In this document: positions 57,528-64,000 of the stretch, piece by piece
How the letters are laid out: every line of letters begins with the position of its first letter
Numbering within the stretch: the first letter of the stretch is position 1
Assembly: GCA_964057225.1 (NCBI GenBank)
Contig: OZ059897.1
Coordinates: forward strand, 13,144,001-13,208,000
Source: Auanema rhodensis
Lineage: Eukaryota; Animalia; Nematoda
Direction of reading: 5' to 3'
Length of the DNA: 64,000 bases
Program-made: the position numbers and the translations under genes
The notes under the pieces: model-generated
Databases searched by the model: none
What the model was told of the DNA's origin: nothing
The model's input: the letters and a program-made list of their open reading frames with translations, nothing else

Positions 57528-60500
57528 AAAAATTAGGTCATATCTGTTGACAGTGTCCAGATATTAAAACTTGTGTTGTAATCACCCTGTATGAAATTAA
57601 ATTGTAAATGGTGCGTATTTTACTTGTTTACAATACTGAAAATTGAATTATAACCGCTTTCTTTTTACTTTTCTAGAGAAGGGGATAACTGAAAGCTTGC
57701 TACATTAATTAGAATAATTGGTATTTGCCCCAGGATATTCAATTAGCAAGTCAATGGATATGTATAATTCCATTTATTTATAGCGGTTGTATTAAATTGA
57801 TCGGTTGTTCTTTTATGCCAAATTTCTAACAGAACAGGTAGTTATTGAATTTCTGTTTTCTTTCGTATTCTTGCGAGCTATATATACATATTACAATTAT
57901 TAGTTTGCTAAATTCCAATTTTTAAAAAGTGGTATTTTGATTATGTATTCAGTTCATTATTTTGCACTTGAAGCAAATTATTCTTTTTGATGAACTGTAG
58001 CAATGGAGGGGGGGGGGTGGATAAAGTGATATAGCTTTGTATTTTTAATATAAAACCTATAATATCTAATGCTAAGGGTTTTCCCGCTTGTCCTGACAAA
58101 TAAACATAATGTAAATAAGTTTGTAATATCCTTTTCTTCTCTCTTTATTTTTTCCTGACAGAAATTTCATTTGTCATCTTTCTTTCAAACTGTGCTGCTG
58201 AGTAGTAACTCAAGTGATTCTAAGCGTATCATCCTAGGAGCTTTTTGAATATAATTGTTCTTTGAGCTTTATTTTCAAGTATGTGGCTACTACTTTTGTT
58301 ATCATGAGATTTGAGATTAGGGATCGATGTTAAAAGCAATAAGTCGTACGTTTCAGCCATAGTTATACACTCATAATAGTCGCTCATCAACATAGATGGA
58401 TATTCTTTAGCTTTCTTTGGTGTTTACTAGAGAGCAGTTTGCTCTTTTCTCATATTCCTTTATTCTTGAGCTCTCTCTTTCTTCACTATCTTTTGCATTC
58501 ATTTTCTGAATCGCATGACTGGCTAAAAGCAAGCTGCGCCGTTAAAGGATCTCTCGTCAGCTTTTCTAGATGTCTGGTGCTCTCCTCAATTCTACTAGTG
58601 TTTTCATGTATGAGTCCACATCGTCGTTCTCCTATGGAGCAGCTGAGCCGCGGTTGGTGTTGGCTTTTTTGAAATAATTCTTACTTTAATTTTTCTTCAA
58701 TTTTTCTTGTTTCATCTGGTTATATAATTGTTTTATAGAAGGAAACAAAACTTTTCATATGATGTGTCTTTCACAGCCTTCGCGTTGCTTTTATTTTGAG
58801 GATTAAATCTTTTCACTCGGATAAACTAAGATAAAAACTTGCGTGCAGATTTTATCTGTTGAAAAATCATAACTCTCAACGTATTGGCTGTACGCTAAGT
58901 TTATACTTGCTTATGGCGTAATCTGCGGTTGAAATATAAGTTTAGTATAAGCTTTCAAATTTAAAATAAATGGAAACTAAGTTCACACCTCATCTGCAAT
59001 AGATTTTATTAGAGGATAGCTAAATTAATAATTGGATTATTCTCTTTATCGCGTTGACATGCGATCAGTTCCCCCTTTTTGCCTAGCTTGTAATGATTTA
59101 TTCGGTTTTATAAAAATTTTGTGTTCGTCTGAAATTTAGAAGCATTTTAATTGATTTTCTTTTTTTTTTTTCGTTTTTTATTTGGTGCAAAGAGGTGGTG
59201 GAAACAGCTTCTGTGACACCCTCTGTGCCACTCAAAACCGACATATCGATTAGCTGTTGTTTCGAGAGCTCCAAAAAAAAGCATTCCGCCCGCTACAGCA
59301 CTAACGAAATGTCTATTTCTGCGAGTTTAATTAAAGTCTGTCGTGTCTGTGCTAGCTGGTGGACAGGGAAGTTTTAAATGCCTTTCAAGCAGGATGTTCC
59401 GAATACTATACATTCTTCATTTGGAATTAGTAGGATCGTAGTAATAGATGTTTACCAGACATTAGCACCTATTCCAGTTCAAATTACTGTGAATTTTTGT
59501 TTTTTATATCATTTGTGGTGGAAACGTGATTTTAACGAAGATCGTTTTAAAATATTTTAGTAGTTTTGTATACGATATATATGTACATTGTTGTTTTTTT
59601 TTTTAATTTTTTTTAAATACTTCATATTGATGTTTTCTTTTTAATATCTCTTGTTTTTGGAAATAGTCGTGTCACTATACTTATCATTCGTATATTAACA
59701 TTTTTTTCTGTAGTTTAAAAAAAAACAGCTGCTCCACACAGCCTAGCAATAAATATATTGGGCATGAACACTTTTTGATTGAATGATACTAGATTCTTGT
59801 ATTTCCTTTAAGCTTTCGAACGTTTTCTGTTTTAAGATATTTCTGTAGCTAATCTTAGCATAGTTTCTTCAAGTTGAAAGATATTGAATGCTACTTGAAG
59901 TTGTATCTCATCGGACCACTTCCGTATTGCTTCCATCCGCTTTGATCATCTTTTTGATTATCTTCAAGAGCTTTGTATAGTATGCGGAGGCATTCAACGA
60001 TTTTCGGTCTTGCCGACCTCTTATCTTATTTTTTAATTCATATACGTATTAATGTTTATAGGATATTTGTTCAAGAGAGAAAAAGTTTTCTGCCAAATGA
60101 ATAGTTTTATGCTTTGTCAGAATAAGACTGCCTTCTAGAGAATCGATTCTACACAAGTGCCTCGTTATATCTTTCGTCTAGCTCCATGCGGACCCCACGG
60201 ACTGCGAAAGCTTGAGAGCATGCGCGTCTATATCGAAGAGATTTGAAAGAATCAGGAGAGCACAAAGAAATTATGTAAGAAAAATTGAATGAAAGAGGAG
60301 ATGGAGAATAGAGAAAGAAATCCCCGTCGGGAAACAAGCGACTCCGCCTGTTTGGTCGTTTTTAAACCCTGTGTTGTCTTTAATGACAATTTTATGCCAT
60401 GCTAGCCGCAGCCTGATCTTCCTTTAAAAATCTGAAAAGAAGAAAAAGACAGAGGTGCCGCAGATAATGCTCGTAGCAGGAGGAGAAAGCAAGCAACTTG

Positions 60501-61064
60501 AATCTTGAATCCTGGACGTGCGGAGCTCTTAACTAGATTTATATTGCTCACTTTGCCCTCGTATAAATTTCATTTGGTTCACATTATTTGAGCTTTAAAT
60601 CCAATATGAAGCTTTTTTCCTGGCTCTCTTTAGATATTATTACTGCTACTTTTGATTATAGTTAAACTAATAACCTTACCTTAATTAATTCGTTACATTT
60701 TGTAAAGTTATTTGTTATCAGATAGCAGAAAAGTGTTTATTGTCTTGTTTCATATGTACTTTGTCGTTTTGACATCATGAGAGCCTATTATGGTGATAGA
60801 CTTTTCTACTTCAAATTCTCTTGTTTCAGTTTCTAGACTTTCTTTTTCTTTATGTACTTGCTTTAAATATTATTTTTTAAAATTATGCTTTAAATCTGGT
60901 TTTTCTTTCTCTTATAAATAAATAAATGAAACGAAAGTATGAAAATATATAAGAAATTAGACTAATTTACCATATGTTTTATTTTCAATTATTAAATTTC
61001 AATTATCGTGTTACATTTTTATATCTTATAGTGGGTTTTCCCTTTTTTAATGATTTTACTTCAG

Positions 61065-63975
61065 ATGGCAGAACAAGAACTTAGGAGCCGGTGGTATGAT
61101 CTAACTGCTTTCATGCCAGCAGATAAGAGGGATAACTGGTGGAGTATTATCTCGAGTGCCTATGAGCAACGACCTTTCCGGTTTGTTTTTTAAAATAATT
61201 TTTTTCTAACTAACTAAAATGCTTTAGTGGTTTGGAACATTTGGCCTATATGCTTCATCTTTTTGACAAGTGTAAGGATAACCTTAAGGATCGTTATGCC
61301 ACAGGCTTTGCAATTTTCTTCAAGAAGTAAGTAGTTTCCTATAATATTTGAATAATTAACGAGGTTATATATCTTTTTCTATTATATTATAACAAGATAT
61401 TTCGTGTGTGATCAATATTATTTTCAAAAAATTGAACACAAGTAAGCTAACAGACAAAAGCTTGGACATATGGCAGCTATAGTTTTTCTTGATTTTTCAT
61501 TTCTTGATAGAACATAACAATACAGCAAACCAATGAATCATCTACGGTTAAAAAAGTGTCAATGTTAATTACTATCGTGTATTCCATATTATTATGCTAT
61601 AAATTCGAAATCCTTTCGTTATAGCAATAACGTATCACATGAAAACCACAAATTTTATTCCCTTTATTATGCGATAGTTTGGTTTGGAAATGAGTAGCCA
61701 AATTAGCTAATTTCGCTTGACAGTGCAGAAAATATGATGATATTTCACCATTGTATCATATTGACTTTTTTATTGAGCCAAAAACGAGCTGTTTTCCTAC
61801 AGCTAATTCGCCCACGCGACCAACTCATATTTTTACAAAATATTTTTGAAATGACATCAAAGTATTAGAAGTAATTTATTTTAAAAACAATATTGAGATG
61901 TTAACGGATTAATTTTTTTGCAATAAGAACGAATAGCCTGCATTTAGTAATAACTGAAATCGGGTAATCAGATTGTTTTTTGCATTTTTTTTCTTTAGTT
62001 ATATTAAGGTTTGCGTATTTTTGAACAAGTTAATAGTATTACCGTTTCGAAAATGAGGAAATGATGATTTTTCTCATTATGTTCCCTGGCTAATATCTTT
62101 TGCATTACACTTCTGTTTCTTCGTCAGATGATAATCTATCCGGTTAGCGCAGCTCTTCTTCCACTAGCTGGCATATGCCGGTCCTTCTCTGTTTGAGGAA
62201 AGGCAGAATAGACAGTCTATCGTATTGCACTATATGACTCTGCTCAAGCTGAGCCCTAAGGGCGCGAAAATTTATTTGTTTATGCTTGTTTGGCTTGATA
62301 TTTGGAGAAACTGCGTACAATACATGAGTCTTTATAGAGGAAATACTTTTGAACACTTCAATAACACTGAATTTGATGAATAATTGTTCTTATAAACTCT
62401 AATCCATCAATCTCACTATTTAAGAATGAGAGATACCATTAAATTGGGATATAAAGCAAGTGTTAAACACAATTCTTTACACTTTAAAGTTCAAATTATT
62501 TTTTGCTCTGTATGTGTATGACAAAAACTTAACTCAGCGTTAGTGAAAAATAGAAAAAAAAACCATTCATAAGCCATTTTTCTACTTAGGTTTATGGTAA
62601 ATATAGCAATTAAAGCATTATTTTCCAGCATTGCATATGATCCATTGTCTGAAGATTCCGCTCTTAAAAGTGCCAAATTACTGCGTGACTTTGCTCAGGA
62701 AACTACATTTGACTCAGTGAGTTATTATTCCGGTTTTTTGACGAATCCTTAGAAATCACCTTTGTTTGAGTAAAGGTGGGACTATGGTTGTTTTTTTCAA
62801 AGAACAACCTAATATCCAGTTAAATAGTGATATATATATATATATATGTTGGAAAATTGTGAAATTTTCAAACATAGAGGCAAGTTTTGACTTACATCCA
62901 TAAATTGATTTTAAACAAAAAAAAAGAAGAATATTTCTTATCTTCCCTAACACATACACTAAAGTTCTCGATAAGTTAGAAAATTTGAACAATTTTATCG
63001 AAATAATGTAATGATTGGACTACAATCACAAAAGAAGTTTTGAGTCACCTTGGTTAGTATGACATGGTTGTTCAATACAATACCAAAACTAGAAAACGAA
63101 TGAAATAAAAAAAAGTATTCAACAATGCCCTAACAGTTCTCAACCAATCTCTTATGGAATTGAAACAGGATTTTCGATTTTTATCACTTCACTGTTCATT
63201 TTAAACTTATTCAAGGAAACGAGAGTACTTCTGCCATATTTGCAAGCAGTTCCCGTGCATCAGTACTCATTCGTTCAAATAAACTAGTCTGGGAATATCC
63301 GTAAGCATAGGATTGTATGGGTATGTCATGTGTGCAAAGTATAGACAGTCTTTTGTATCTGAGAATATGCTAAACTAAATTGGTCAAATGTTCAAAAGCA
63401 CACACAGGTCTGGGAAAATCAAGAGTTCGTTGAAGAATAAGAAAATGTATATGCATTTTAATTTGCATTTCAAATTTTTAATATCTTCATTATTAGAAAT
63501 ATTTGCAGGCTAATTATGTAGCCGAAATGATTGTTGCTTCTGGATCCTCAACGACGGATGCTCATCTCAATGCCGGACAAACTGGCTCTGATGATCTTCA
63601 CTATCTCATTGACTTTGATATGGCTTTTCTTGCAGATTCCGAAGAGCAGTAAGCCACGATTAGTCATTTTAAGTATTTAACATCTATTGTTATCATAGAT
63701 TTGAAAAAAACGAATTGTCTCAGCGAAAAGAGTATGCTCATTTGAACGACGAAGAGTATGCCAAGCAAAGACTAAAGGTAAAAACAGTTCTCTTATCTCC
63801 ACCTCCACAGTGATTAAAGATCAAAAGTTTTTGTTTCCAGGTCCTTAAGCTTTTCCTCCAAATTCCCAATATATTCGCCACAGCCGAGCTTAGACAAGAG
63901 TTCGAAGAGCGCGCCAGGAAAAACATCAGTCGTGAGATCGAGCTTCTGGAAGGCGGAAAAAGAAAGTATGATTAA
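61065..63975 (+). CDS. HD-superfamily phosphohydrolase-like protein (COG4339-type) with degenerate metal ligands
   Basis: 6 exons: ..WWSIISSAYEQRPFR|GLEHL..FAIFFK|NIAYDP..KSA..|..DLHYLIDFDMAFLA..|..RKEYAHL..Y...RLK|VLKLFL..IFAT..FEERARKNISREI. Confidence 0.85.
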
Positions 63976-64000
63976 ATGTAAATGGAATTCTCATTTTCTC

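Noticed and set aside
58008-58017. G10 homopolymer as a G-quadruplex or fragile site
   Set aside because: Too short, with little flanking G support.
62223-62244. TATTGCAC seed suggesting miR-92/mir-235
   Set aside because: No complementary arm to form a pre-miRNA hairpin, and the 3' part differs from the family.

Overview
AT-rich eukaryotic genomic DNA from a nematode, probably a non-Caenorhabditis rhabditid. This is inferred from the many ~40-60 nt introns, TTTCAG-type acceptors, trans-splice-like acceptors just before ATGs, and proteins close to C. elegans homologues as I recall them. The ORF track mostly shows exon fragments, so I spliced the genes by hand. Left to right: a 5' part of a CYP4-clan P450, exl-1, the complex nurf-1/BPTF locus, a small coiled-coil gene, a small membrane protein, a stum/SPEC3-like protein, a CS-like protein, znf-598, the microRNA mir-236, a Gly/Tyr-rich nlp-29/caenacin-type peptide, two Cys-rich secreted proteins, mboa-6, an mrp-7-like ABCC transporter, laat-1, an unannotated 78-aa secreted peptide precursor, the caspase ced-3, and an HD-fold protein with a degenerate active site. 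The most notable observation is in nurf-1, which shows an internal promoter and an internal terminal exon (Yin/Yang-type architecture). The first shared exon (its acceptor and candidate AUG) is exactly complementary over 13 GC-rich nt to the 3' UTR of the internal terminal exon. This suggests a long-range RNA duplex that couples promoter choice to terminal-exon choice. I found no tRNA, rRNA, CRISPR array or intact transposon. Family assignments come from recalled motifs, not database searches.
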